Made by a program: the position numbers and the translations under genes. Of a stretch of 64,000 nt of DNA, positions 13,601 to 27,036 are shown piece after piece (within the stretch, counting starts at the first letter, position 1; each line of letters opens with the position of its first letter). The DNA comes from the human T2T-CHM13v2.0 reference genome, Homo sapiens, in the NCBI RefSeq assembly GCF_009914755.1, contig NC_060928.1. The stretch is one strand, 5' to 3'. The notes below the pieces were generated by a model. That model was not told the DNA's origin, ran no database searches, and saw only the letters and a list, made by a program, of their open reading frames with translations.

Positions 13601-15178
13601 TTAAGTAAACATCAATACTGCCAACTGAACCGTGCCACAATGGGACAAGAATGTGTGCCATACATTGGTTAATGTATTTCTAGAACTGTCTCATAGCAGG
13701 ATTATAGTCATCAACTTCCATGTTGTTCATTTATTATTGTACTTTGTGTCATCAGGAGTTGTAGGGATGAGGTATTTTTTAATAGAATCCATAAACAACC
13801 CAATAGCCAGTGTCCTATACTCTTAGGTAGGCTTTGTGATTATACATATCTGGGGAACTATGGATTCTCCCTTGCAACTGTCTCTATGATTGACTTCTGT
13901 ACGTACCTGCCCTGTACAAACAGTGTTAACAGTGTTCCCCTATTGTCTCCAGGGTCTTCTTCCACATCACTAGTACACATTTTGCAGTTGTGCTGCTGGC
14001 TCTTTTGTACTCCTTGTATCATATGAACTGTGGTGGTAACTATATCTGAACTTCTGCCAGGCCTAAGTAACTCTACAATGGTATTGAACATAAGAGCACT
14101 TGATTTCAGACATTTTAAAACATGAAAGAATTGTGTATCAGACAGACTTGGGATGTGCTGCTGGGATCTGCTGGGATGATTATTACTGAGCTACACTGGC
14201 CATCTGTCTTTAAGTCCTGCAGGCATTGTCTGGTCATAATTGCTGGAGACTTTCTTTAGAAATGTTCTTCCTTCTGATTTGAGCCCCATGTGCCCATTTG
14301 GGGGTGACAAGAAAAATTTCACTTTGTAGTATATTACACATACAAAAGGCACTGAATTTTAAAGATTTTAGAGGAATTTTTAAGATACTATCAAATAATG
14401 GCAATTCATTAACAACCTGTATGCTAACAATGATAATAAAATGGCAGTAGAAAAGAAAACCTGCGTAGGAAGAGTAGTCTTAAAAATTTATTGAAATCAT
14501 CGTGTAGTTATGATTTGTGGCAAAGGCAAAACACAAACCCCTAAAGAAAGGACAGCAACTTTCAAAAGCCTTGTATGCTTATATAGTAGCTTGCCTTAGA
14601 GAATGGAGACATTTGTGGTTTAAAAAGATTCAATTAACTTAAAACATGGCACATGATTTTATTATGGTGTGGCAAGATGGTATTTTTGGGGTATTCATTT
14701 ACATTTGTTGCTTACTTTCTGTTGCCCGTTGCTTCTTCTTCCAGGCAAGCATTGGAATCTTTCTGTAATCTCACATCAGTGCAAGAATGTGATTATCTGA
14801 AAACAGGGTGAAAAAAAGATTTCTGCTTTTGGTTCATAAAAATCAAAGTCATACAGAGGCCAGTTGGTGGGGGTCTTAAAATTAACTAAATGTTTGAGGG
14901 CAGAGCACATGAAACTGGTAGGTTATTTCTTCTTCATCTGCTGCCAGCTCCCATTGACCATTCGCCTCCCAGAACAGACTAGAAGAAAATTTCTCAGCCT
15001 GGAGAAAATGAAAAGAGCTACTAAGGAAGGGGAAGCAATGCTTTCACTCACTGCACTATACCACTCTGTAACGTAATTCATTATATTATCAAAAGAAAGA
15101 AACAAATCACTTGAGTGTACAACATACTAAGAAATATTTCCTAAAATTCAATGTAATGGAGAGATCAGGTGCAGGTGT

Positions 15179-16530
15179 GAGAGGCAGCTACACAATTTGC
15201 ATGACCCAGTACAAAAATGAAAACATGGGACTCCTTGTTCATACAGCAGAAAAAAATTTGATTAAAGTACCGAACTATAAAGATTTTTCTTCTGCAAACT
15301 CTCCTTCAGTTTCTTGTGTTTTTGTATGTTATTTCACGTTTTAAGTAGGGAAAATTAAAATTTAAAGTTATTTCGATGACTTTTACTGATCATCTTTATA
15401 TTGTGAAGTTCCAGTTATAAATGCAAATATAAGAACATTTAACTCATGTAAAGAATCACCAAAATTACATAATTCATATTTCATAGCTCATACATGCATA
15501 AATATTTTATTCCTGCCAGAAGAATAGAAGCATGACACAAGATTCAGTAGTTTCTTTTAAAAATTTATTTTATTTCATTTATTTCTATTCCTTTTAGACA
15601 GGGTCCTTGCTCTGTGGCCCTGGCTGGAGTGGAGTGATACAGTCATGGCTCATTGCAGCCTGGAGCTCCTGGGCTCAAGCAATACTCCCACCTCAGCATC
15701 TCAAGTTGCTAGGACTGCAGGTGTGGCACATCATACCCAGATAATTTTATTTTCATTTTTATTTTTTTTGTAGAGACAGGTTTCGCTGTTTCCTAGGCTG
15801 CTCTCCAACTTCTGGGATCAAGTGTTCCACCTGCCTTGGCCTCCCACAGAGCTGGGATTACAGGCATAAGCCCACTACTCCCAGCCTCTCAGTTTTTACT
15901 TCTTCATACACACATGTTCTATGAACACTCTCCAACTCCAGCTTGCTTATGAGCAAGGAGAGACTGAAAGGAAAAGGTGCTATGAGTTTCTCCATCTTTC
16001 CCTTTTTCCCATATCATCATTTTTAGTGTTAATGATTGGCTAATAGATATAATATGAGTAAGAATGGACATGATAAAGTTTCTTGCTTAAACATAGTTCT
16101 CAGAATGTCATTGCCTTCCTATTGTTTTGGAAGCAAATTATGGTTTAAAGAAAAATACGTCCTCTTGGAGCTGTCAGCCACCTCTCCACCTCCCTTACTC
16201 AATAGTAGATGTAAATGCTTTTCCTTTATGGGCTTCAAGTGTCACCAAACAGCCACATATCCTGGTCCACTGAAATTCTGTGCTCAGGAGGTATCACAAA
16301 CATTATATGTGAATGGGGAGAAAGGAATGGTGGACATGTGTCTTGCACATATCCGTTTAGCTCACATGCATGCTCTGTGGACCCACCAGTACTAGAAAAC
16401 ACAAACTTAAAGACAAAAGTGTTTAGAATTTTAAGATGGCAACAGCAGAGCACTAAACCAAGCATGAGGTCCTTCTGTACTTAGGGCCCTGTGCAACTGT
16501 ATAGACGGCATCCCCACATACCCAGTGCTA
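15179..16530 (-). mobile_element. MER45B-like hAT-Tip100 DNA transposon
   Basis: Ends gcagctacacaatttgcatgacccagtacaaaaatgaaaa and ccttctgtacttagggccctgtgcaactgtata match the recalled MER45 termini; about 1.0 kb once the Alu is removed. Confidence 0.75.
15563..15885 (-). mobile_element. AluJ inserted in MER45B
   Basis: agacagggtccttgctctg...ctcctgggctcaagcaat J-type diagnostics; highly diverged. Confidence 0.88.
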
Positions 16531-16967
16531 ATAATCAACAAGCCTTGTCTAAGTTCCCAGACAACAGTAGTATTAATCGGCAGACATATGAGTGAAAACA
16601 TCACCCCAGGATACTAACCAGGAGCTATTGACTACCTCCTAGTCTTTAAGTATTTTTGGCTGAAGTCCCAGACACCGACAGATTACCCATTTGAAAATGT
16701 TCCCATTTTAAAAGGGCACGTTAGATTGAGTAGCCTTCAATTAATACAAATGAAGAGAAATCAGCAGGGTAAAGATGTTTGGATGCATCTAACACAATTT
16801 CAGGCTTTAGTGGACAGTATGTTTGGGTGCATGCACTTCTCATCACGTAGAAATACGACCCTGACTGATGCAGAAATGGTGTTAAGTGTGGCAGACTTTT
16901 ATACTTGTGTTTCGCCTTCTTTTGGATTGAGGAAGTTAATTTGGAAAAGCAGTATGGTAAATATACA

Positions 16968-17230
16968 TTTTAAGGAAGTGGTAAAGTGTGGACCCTAAAC
17001 CCAGACTTTCCAGGGTTTGAATAGTGGCTTTATTCCTTACCATTGAGGTGACCTTGGGTTCGTTACTTTATTTTTCAGTGCCTGAATTGTTTTCTTCGGA
17101 AGAATGGAGACCATAGTAGTACCCATCTCATAGATCTGTAAGTAATAAATAAGTTACGCATGCAAAAAACACTTAAAAGAGTATCTGCCACGTGACAAGC
17201 ACTCATATGCATTAGCTACTATCATTATTA
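16968..17230 (+). mobile_element. MIR
   Basis: gggtttgaatagtggct...gtgaccttgggttcgttactt...atagtagtacccatctcatag...cattagctactatcattatt. Confidence 0.8.
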
Positions 17231-17947
17231 GTTTAGTTACAAGTTTAGTTAATTAATAATTTAGTTATTTTATAGAGGAATAAAAGTACAATTTGATATG
17301 GAGTTGTGTCTGAGAAGATTGTTATTGATTTAGCAAAGATATAACATATGCTTTATATATTTCAAAAAATAAATAGTCCAATATATAAGAATTTCTACAG
17401 ACAATTTATAACTGATTCTCAAATTATAGTATGTTATGATCAACAAATACAATAAAATCTATAATTATAAAAACATGACATTAAATAAACTTTATTATTT
17501 GAAGTCTACATGCACTTATAAAATGTTCTCTGGACCTTCAGATCAAAACTAAATCAATATCCATTATTTGGACAAATAACCCATGTAAGAATAGCAAGCA
17601 GAGAAAATTACTGAAAAAATACCCAGTGACATCTATTACCCAGTCTCTACTAATCCACAGGGATGAATTTAAACCTGTTGCTTTAAATTTTAGCTACTTA
17701 CCACTGAATGACCTTGAGAGCTATGTTAGAGTGGTCATTTTCTCCTGACTGTCTCTGCTGATTGCCTGACTTAACAGTTTCTATTGCTGCTGACATGTCT
17801 GTAAATGACCACAAACAATGCAAGGATTTTGGTCTTTTTAATAACTTCAATTGCTATGCATTTATTATTATAAGTCATTCTCAAATTAACTGGTGAGAAT
17901 AGCCATCAAAACTGGTTGTAGTTTGTTCACAGGGTGGCCTTCTTAGG

Positions 17948-17995
17948 CTAACTGTGGTAGCTAAGCTGTGGTCACTAACTGTGGTAGCTAAGCTG
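17948..17995. repeat. Direct repeat, 21 bp with 27-bp period
   Basis: ctaactgtggtagctaagctg at 17948-17968 and 17975-17995. Confidence 0.9.
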
Positions 17996-18013
17996 ATGGA
18001 GAGAGGTACTAGG

Positions 18014-18389
18014 GGCCCGTGCAGTGGCTCACGCTTATAATCCCAGCACTTTGGGAGGCAGAGGCAGGCAGATCACTTGAGGTCAGGAGTTCCAAACCAG
18101 CTTGGCCAAGATGGTGAAATCCCATTTTTACCAAAAAAAAAAAAAAAAAAAAAAAAAGAAAAAGAAAAAGAAAGAAAAAAAAAGGAAAAGAAGACAATTA
18201 GCCAGGCATGGTGGTGCGTGCCTGTACTGGCATGTACTTAGTAGGTTGAGACAGAGAATCGCTTGAACCTGTGAGGCGGTGGTTGCAGTGAGCCGCGATC
18301 ATGCCACTGCATTCTAGTCTGGGTAACAGAGAGAGATTCCATCTCCCCCGCTGCCCCGCAAAAAAAAAAAAAAAAAATTAAAAATAAAA
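18014..18389 (+). mobile_element. AluS (Sx/Sz-like) with expanded central A-rich linker
   Basis: gatcacttgaggtcaggagtt; linker 18133-18195 is about 60 nt of A/GAAA. Confidence 0.9.
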
Positions 18390-19876
18390 ACACCAGGGAG
18401 TTAACTAGCTTTGTGCTCTGCCTAGGAGTGTGGGTGAAGAATGTGGCAGGTATGTTTTGGTAGAAGGAAGGAGGTTCAGGTTAGGATACTATTGAGACTG
18501 GTTAAACATGTTCAATGAGAAAATGTTATTAAAATGAATAAAAACAGCATATTGTGGCTGTGGAAATCATTACTATGGGATGTGGGAAGTTATTATATTT
18601 GTGTGTGGCTGTGGCTGTTGTTTTTTTTTTTTGATCAGGTGCAAAATGAAACTCTCAGAATTTTTGGAATATAGAGACAGGGATGGAAAAAAACATCCCT
18701 GTGTTTAAAGGAAATAAAAGACACCCCACAAAATATTACGATATGATTTTAGCTTAGATTTCTCTTCACAGCATTTGGTTGTTTCTTTGTTTTCCAATTA
18801 CTTCCTTTTCTGTGTTGCTTTCCTGATCTGGATCTATGTAGCAAGCTATGTTGCCTCTGTCATTGAAATGGACAAGATAGGAAATTGTATTCCTAGTGAG
18901 AAACTAGCAGCTATCTCCCCCTCCACACACACATGAACCTCCAAAAGGTATTATTCTACACTGGCAATTATTTTGAACAATAACTAGCTTCAGTGAATTA
19001 AATTCATTTTTCCCCTATTCCTACTGCCACTTAGCTGCAGGTTACAGCATCTGAAAAATACTTTATTTCAGGCAGTTGGACTGTCTATTTCTTATCTCAT
19101 GGAGTGCACAAACAAGAGCCAAAGATCGTAAGATTTCTTTTCCTTTTCTTTTTGGTCTACTAGGTTGTTACCTTGTAATTCATCCTTTGTAGTTACCTTA
19201 AAAGCATAATAATGATAATTTGCAAAACTTCGGTAAAGATAAACCAAGGAAAGTTTATCCCCACATGTTCAAGCTTACTATTTCCCCTCGGGTTACATAG
19301 TTTGCAACAACACAGCAGGTTGTAATATCCATGAAATAAGAATCTTATGAGCGGAGGAAACCCATTTCTAAGGACAGTTGGAAACTGCTTGCCTGAGATG
19401 CTGCTGCTTAGAATCAAAGATACCATGTGGTGACATATTTCTAAAGAATGAGATCCTTCTGTTTGTGGAACTTTACACTGTTTGACAATTTATTTTTATT
19501 TCAAAAAAAAAATTCAAAATAGAAGGCAGTTTGATCTCATAATTTAGGGTAGTACTCTGAAAGGCACCCTCCTTGTCTCCCAGGGAATTTTGAAGCCAGT
19601 AGGGTTGGTAAAAATGATATGGGTCTGGGAAAGTGCTGCATTATCAAACTTCTAACTAAGGAACCAGATGGTGTTTACATGAGTCAACTCCCACCCAATT
19701 GGCTTTCTCAGCTGTATTTAAAGTAGAAAGATGAAGACAGCAGAAATTACCAGAATATAGTTTGAAGAAGAGATTTAACTATGTCACAGCTTATGATGAA
19801 GCAATTTCAAGATAATGTTTCTGAGGATGTATCTTATACTGTCTTTCCTCTAGGAAATGCTTGGAATAGACAAAAT

Positions 19877-19962
19877 TATATATATATACATATGTGTGTA
19901 TATATATGTATGTATTTCCAATCAGTCCTACATGTATCTACTCAATATATCATATACACATA
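19877..19962. repeat. (TA)n/(TATG)n low-complexity repeat
   Basis: Directly visible. Confidence 0.8.
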
Positions 19963-21084
19963 ATGATTGTGTTAAAAATAAGATCTAATTATAAAGAAAT
20001 GCATCTATTAACATATATCCATGGCATTGATGTTGAAGAAACGTGATGTTGAAATATCCCATGTTTAAAAGTGAATGTGCTTTCAGAATCAGCTAAAACC
20101 AATGGGAATGTGTGTTGAGAGGTGGCAGTGTGATTCTGGAATTTTCTGAAACCTTAGAGAATGCAGGTATATGATAAAAAGCTTTTCAGAGGAAGTAGAG
20201 CTTTAGTATTAAGTAAAGAAAAGATGAAGTATAATAAGAATTTTAGAATGGTGATATATACATACGAGAAGGTTTAAAAAATGTGCTTGGGAAAGGTTAT
20301 TAGCACAATCATATTAGACAGAATGTCTGCGTCAGACTCTTCTTAATGCCTAGAGGCTCTGATTTATTAAAACTTCCTGGAAATTAGATCTTGCCTTAGG
20401 CCATTGGAGTAGCTAACTTCTTTGTCAATCAGATAAAGCAAACCATATGAGGCAGAAGAATAACTGCCACTTAAAAAGAGCAAGAAAATAAACCATATAA
20501 ATTTTAGTTAGGTTTTTATTGGTAAAGCATAAGAACATACCAAGCCTGAGATTGTGAGCTTTTTAGAGTGACAATTGCCAATTTATGATAGAGCAGCTTC
20601 CCTTTTTTATTTTGTCATTTTGTCGTAATTCATGTATAAGGCAATAGACTATGAAAATAGGGGATATGTGAGATTTGGAAATGCAAACCTTGCACAAGAA
20701 ATTAAATTAGCTCTTGGTGTATAGAAGTTTTCTGGTGGTAGTATATTTTTAAGAACCATAAAATTGTCAACTTTTCTTATGTATTAAAATTAGCTATTTT
20801 AGTTTCCATTTCTAAGTTCCTGTTGAATCATATTTGTTTCAAACTTTCTTCCTTAAATTACTATATATGCCCTATACTTTGTTAAATGTTGTAGCTTTGC
20901 ATTTTGTAAAATGCATACTATTCTTAAAATTGACATACGTGTGTATTTTAAAAATGAGTAAAATACTTTTTGATCTAAAATAAATGCATTGTATATTAAA
21001 GATGAAATATTTAAAATTAAAATTAATCATTGATTTTACATATATATACTCACGTGTATGTTCACAATTTGGAGTATTAGCAGC

Positions 21085-21117
21085 TAGATATATCTATATC
21101 TATATATATATATATAT
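21085..21117. repeat. (TA)n microsatellite
   Basis: tagatatatctatatctatatatatatatatat. Confidence 0.85.
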
Positions 21118-22239
21118 GAGATAAATAGCACACAGGGAGAAATATATCTTATTTTAGCAACATTCCATTAGAAGTATTGCTCATTTGATTTTTGCTTTTT
21201 TGCAAACTAAAATCTTGACTTTAATACAAATAACTGATTCTTTCCAATAAAAAATACCTGGGAGTTCTTTACTTGGGCTTTTATGGATAAAACAAATGGA
21301 TTTGCAGAGAATGACTAATCCTAAATGTGCGTTGAGAAGCATGTGCATTTTGCTTTATGGTTAGTTTAATATAATTCGCATACAGCAAACTACAGGTGCT
21401 TTGTACCAGCATACTGACATTTATGTCCAATGTGCCCCTTTTGCACCGATCTCATCCTTCAGATGGGTCGCTAAACAATTATTTTCTAAAAAAATAAAAA
21501 AGATGGATATGGTTAAAATTAGTTTATTTTTTGGTCTGTAGTATATATTTATTTAAAAATATAGATCTTAATTTTAAGTATAATCAGTGGATCCTATTCA
21601 GTACGTCCCAGGATTTTCTCACTTGTTGGCAAAAAACAATTTATCACTCTACAGAAAAGTTCCCAAATTTATCATTTTAATGTTAAGAAGGCTTTGTTTC
21701 CCTCCAGTGAATCTGAACATCATCAGCTGCCTCTTTGCCTATGTATCTAGGAATGAATGTGCAGTGTCGTAGCTCTGCTATCTCTTTCTATCTCAGAGGC
21801 CTCTGTTCTTTTCCTTGTTTTTGTCTATTGCCTTGGAGCCATAGAAAGTATTAAATGAAGAGATAAGTTAGACATTAATATGTACAATAGTAGATTCCCA
21901 TTCAGCAGAGAAAACAAGACACACTTTTAACTACTAATAACACAATATGGAAATTAATACATGCCTTAGAATACTACATTATAAGGAGCTGTAGAAATTG
22001 ACAGATAGAGAATTTGCTTAAATTTAGAGAAAGGGGGTTTTCCCAGAGAGCTAGAATTTAAATAGAGCTTTGAAAGATTTGAACATATGCCCTCATGAGG
22101 GGAATGTATGAGCTAAGGTACACAAACACAAAATGTTTACAGAAACCTAAGCTGAAGTGTAGAGTAGGTTACATAATAGAAAAAAGTTAGTGAGAAAATT
22201 CTAAAAGCTATGGTGAGACTGGAAGATAGAAGATCTTGA

Positions 22240-22982
22240 TACAATGGACTGAATGTTCATGTTACCCCAAAATTCATATGTTGAAATCCTAATGTCCAAT
22301 GTGATGGTATCACCAGGTGGGGACCTAGGGAGGTGATTAAGTAATGGTGGTGGAGCTCTCATGAATAGAATTCTTGCCTGATATGGTTTGGCTGTGTCCC
22401 CACCCAAATCTCATCTTGAATTGTAGCTCCCATAATCCCTACATGTCTTGGGAGAGACCTGGTTGGAGGTAATTGAATCATGGGGGTGGTTACCCCCACG
22501 CTGCTGTTCTCGTGATAGTGAGTTCTCAAGAGATCTGATGGTTTTAGAAGTGGCTTTTCCCCCTTCGCTCGACACTTCTCTCTCCTGCTGCCTTGTGTAG
22601 AAGGACATGTTTCTTCTTCTGCCATGATTATAAGTTTGCTGAGGCCTCCAAGCCATGTGGAAGTGTGAATCAATTAAACCTCCTTTCCTTATAAATTACC
22701 CAATCTTGGATATTTCTTCACAGCAGCATGAGAAGAGAACAATACAAGGCCCTTATTTACAAAAACGTCCCGAAGAACTCCCTCACCTCTTCTACTATGT
22801 CAGGTTACAGTGAGAAGAAGGCAGTCTATAAACAAGGTAGTGGGCCTTCACCAAACACTGAATATATTAGCACCTTGATTATGGACTTCCCAGTCTCCAG
22901 AACTGTGAGAAATAAATTTTTATTATTCATAAGCCACCCAGTCTATGGCATTTTGTTATAGCAGCCTAAACAGACTAAGACT
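22240..22982 (+). mobile_element. MLT1A0-like MaLR solo LTR, split by a THE1C LTR
   Basis: atggactgaatgtt...ccccaaaattcatatgttgaaatcctaa start; ggacttcccagtctccagaactgtgagaaataaattt...cagactaagac end. Confidence 0.85.
22379..22746 (+). mobile_element. THE1C-like solo LTR
   Basis: tgatatggtttggctgtgtccccacccaaatctcatcttgaattgtagctccc...aataca; degenerate 5-bp TSD ttgcc/aggcc. Confidence 0.9.
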
Positions 22983-23384
22983 GTAGATAGGAATCTGATA
23001 ATTGTATCTAACACAATAAAGAGAAACAAAAGGTTTTTGAAAGAGGAAATGACATTTTGCGCACCCTAAAGAGATTAATATGGTAAACCTGTATAGTCTG
23101 AGTTGAAGTTAAACATGACAAATGGAAACTAAATTAGAAGAATATTTCAGGAAGACAGATTATACATAATTGGTGGCTAATCAAGATCATTGTGTAAGAG
23201 GATTTAAGTTGACATTAATAATATTCCATATGTTAAATAATTTTAAAATAAAGTAGAGTAATATATGTGAGCTATTAAAAGCATGTTGTTAATAATTTCA
23301 AATGTTTTGCCAGTTCAGAAGATATTTAGGATATTATATTTGTTAAAGACGTGTTCATCACTTTAAAAAATATATTAACAGGTA

Positions 23385-24780
23385 ATTTGGTGAATCAATT
23401 ATATCCTAGACACTGTGCAAGGCTTTGAGTATATATAGAATCATAAGACCCATTTTCTGTTCTTAAGGAACATATAGGATAACGGGGAGAGAGAGGCATA
23501 CTGATGGTTATAGGACAGTATGGCAAGGGCTCCAATACATTTATATGGAAGATGATCATCAAATAGGAACTTTTCTCAAACTAGGGGTGGTTGGTGGTGC
23601 TTAGATAGTAAATCTAACATTATTTGTAAAAAGCGGAAAGCTCTTCATTGCATGAAAAATGCAGTGTGGTCAGTCTTGGCAGAAATAAAATTCTATGCAA
23701 AGGCACAATGACAAGGAAGTCCGATGTGTCCTATACAACTGAAGTATGATGTATGATTTAGGGAAAGGGGATATTAGACTTCACAGGTAATGCGATGTTG
23801 AAGTGTGCTAAGATCTTCAGATTATGTCTTAAGATCTATCAGAAGCTCTTAGGTATGAGAGTGACATCATCAGCTATGTAATTTAGAAATTCACTAAAAG
23901 AGATAATTTGGAGTATAATTGGAGCATGGAAGATTGGAGGGAGTAAGATCGCTTCTGAGGTTGTTGAAGTAATCAGAGCAAAATTTGATGTGATTCTGAA
24001 ATAAAGCAAAAGCTGACAGGGTTTAGTAATAAGAGACATGTCTGAGAAGAATTAGTGGAATTTAAGAATTGATTGAAAGTGGTACACTGAAGAATAGAGA
24101 GAAATCAGTGACAATTCCTATGTTTCTCATTTGGGAAATTTCTTATTTGAATGTTTTATGCACTGAGAGAGAATATAGAAAGATAAAGTTCGAGAAGATA
24201 TATGGATAAAATCAGTTTGTACATGGTTTGAGTGACGATGGAGCAATCATGTGGGAATCTCCAACAGACAGTTGGATGTAAAGATCTGGCACTCCAAAGA
24301 ATTGTCTAAAGCTTTGCTAATCAAAGCATGGTATTTGGAAAAATAGCATTGGCACCACCTGAAATGTTATTAGAAATGCAGAATCTCAGGACCTAACTCA
24401 GATCCACAGAATCAGAATCTTCAGTTAAATCAGATCCTTATGATTTAAATACATGTTAAATTTTGAGAAACACTGACCTAGAATACGTGCACACATCAGC
24501 AAACATGTACCCAGTCGTAAATATACGTTGTTAACATTTAGGTCGTAGTTGGAGCTATGCAAATGTATAAATTGAGCAAAGTGATAAAAATATAAAACTT
24601 TAGAGAACTCCAATATTTAAAGGAGGATGATAAAGGATGAACCCCCAAAATACAACTGAGGTGTATTTCAAAATGAAGACAAACCAGGAAAGGAGTGTAT
24701 AAATGAAATTGTAGAATAAAAGAATTTCAAGTTTAAGGAATGATATAAAAATAAAAGCAGCATTAAGCATGGAGGTAAAT
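23385..24780 (-). mobile_element. L2 fragment(s) interrupted by MER5A
   Basis: Purine-rich L2-antisense motifs: cactgtgcaaggctttgag, ccaacagacagttggatgta, agaactccaatatttaaagg. Confidence 0.65.
24312..24475. mobile_element. MER5A hAT-Charlie MITE
   Basis: ttagaaatgcagaatctcaggacc...agaatcagaatct...tttgagaaacactg; flanks gtctaaag/acctagaa resemble the NTCTAGAN target. Confidence 0.85.
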
Positions 24781-25489
24781 ATCCCCATTTATCCAAATTT
24801 GCATTAATTCTTTAGAAGTTAAATATTCAGTCTTAAAAGTAACATTACATTCATTTTCTGTGTAAAAGACCAAGAAGTATACATTTTCCTGTTATTTTTC
24901 ATTTTTATTTTGTTCTGAAATTTTCCAATTTTTTTCTCTTACTCTTATTTACCATATTCTAGATTCTTGCCCCCAAATGTTTATCTTCCAACCTTTTCTA
25001 CATCCTATTCTTTTTCACTTGTGGTACACTTAAAAATATAAAGATTATATTGTATTGATCTAAAGAAATCAATCTTTTTTTTGTCTTTATTCTGGTATAC
25101 ATATCCAACATTCATAAAGGAAAATTCTCCATAGAAATGCCTCTTTCATTTTTTGTAGACCAAGTGAAAATAATACAGTCTTTTCTACTGGTTAGCAGTG
25201 TGTTTATGGGTGTGGTTAGGCGTATGTGTAGTACAGGAGTCAACAGTATGGCTATGCCTCATTGCTCTGAGCTACACAGTAGAAACATAAACTAGAGCTA
25301 CATTTTGCCTCTTCCCCTATGCTACCCTCTTTCTGCTTTTATTTTTCTTTAACCTGGGATCTTGTCTCTGTCTTGGTGAAAATTCCTATAGTAAAAACAT
25401 CTCTGCTGTAATTTACATTACTGGTTCCCTAAGGTATAATAGAACAAATTGGAAAGTCCAGTTATAAAATCAAGTCCATATGATAATTT

Positions 25490-27036
25490 GCTATATGTGA
25501 AATACTTGTCTTCACACTATCATCAAATGTGGATTATAATAATCGCAAGAAAAATATTAACTTAGATATCTATCTCATATCTAATACAAATGAGTTTTGA
25601 TCATATTAATAAATATATATTTATATTATTATTCTAAATTATGGTTTCACATATAGTCAGTCCTTCCTGACTGGGTTATATTAATAAATATAAAAGTATA
25701 AACAATATTTTCATAATTTTATAAAACCTCAGTATGGGAAAGGGTTTCTAAGTTTAAAGCTACACCCAGTAACCACAAAAGCATAGTGAATTTTACTTCA
25801 TAAAAATACAATTTTCCATTTGGCAGAAAATACCATAAACATAGTCAGAACACAAGAAACACATTGGAACAATACACTTTCAGCTCATCACAGGCAGCAA
25901 GTTAATCCATCAATCTATTAATTTAGAATTTGTAAAAATTAATAAGAAATATATCAAGTACAAAAATGAAGAAAGTACATAATGAGAAATGTCATATGAT
26001 AACTCAATATATAATGAGATGTTAAAGCTCTCATATAGGAAGAAAAATACAAAGAAAAATTAAAATGCATCTCACACCAATTTCAAGTGCATAAGAAGCC
26101 TACATGAAAGGGAAAGTGATCACCTGTAATCCTATTTACTCAAGAGATTGGGGCAGGAAAATACCTTGAACCTAGGAGGCAGAGGTTTCAGTGAGCTGAG
26201 ATCATGCCATTGTACTCTACCCTGGGTGACAGAGCAAGACTCCACCTCAAAAGAAAAAAAAAAGCAAAACTATAGAGTCTTTAGAAGATTGTATAGGAAA
26301 AATCTTTGTAACCTTGGGGAGAGAAGTGTTTTTAAAAACAATACATAAGACTTACTAAACCTAAGGGAAAAGAATTATAAGAGTGGTTACATTACATTAA
26401 AAGTATATATTCATCTAGTATCTTAAAGAGAGTAACATCAGAAGCCACAACTAGATGCTTGTATCAAAGAAGCTGAAGTGATACTACTTCTAAGGATGCT
26501 AAGGTCTAGTATTATACTGTGAATATATGTAGACTCATATTAATTTATAATGAGAATTATAACAACCAGGTTGTTAAAAATATAATTTTATCAAATGTTG
26601 GTGAGAACTTAGAGCAATGCAAACCATCTTAAGCTATTGATGGGATGAAAATTGCTACCATTCTTTGTCAAACCATTACATAGTAAAATTGAAGATCTCC
26701 ATCCAGTGACCCAACGGAGAAACTTTTACACGTGTGGACCAGGAGATATGTATATGAGTGTTTATTGAAGTATTATTTGTAGTATTTCCTAATCAGAAAC
26801 AGCCCAAATGTCAATCATAGTAGAAGGAATAAATAATTTGTGACATCTTCATTCAATGGAATACAAGAAAAGGTGGAAGTGAACGAATTACAGCTACACA
26901 CTTAACAACACGTACGAATCTCGCAGTGTTGAGTGCAAGAACCCAGACAGGAAGGACTGACTATATGTGATACCATATAATTTGTACGCAATCTCAAACC
27001 TGGGCAAAAGTAAATTATATTTCTTATGAGTGCATA
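25490..27036 (+). mobile_element. Old L1M/L1ME ORF2-3'UTR fragments
   Basis: A-rich; caaatgttggtgagaacttagagcaa, agaaacagcccaaatgtcaatc, cattcaatggaatac; resumes at 27745-27900. Confidence 0.7.
26121..26263 (+). mobile_element. 5'-truncated Alu (right arm only)
   Basis: cacctgtaatcct...ttgaacctaggaggcagaggtttcagtgagctgagatcatgccattg...A tail. Confidence 0.88.

Noticed and set aside
25609-25624. 16-bp palindrome ataaatatatatttat
   Set aside because: A/T-only low-complexity sequence, expected by chance at this composition
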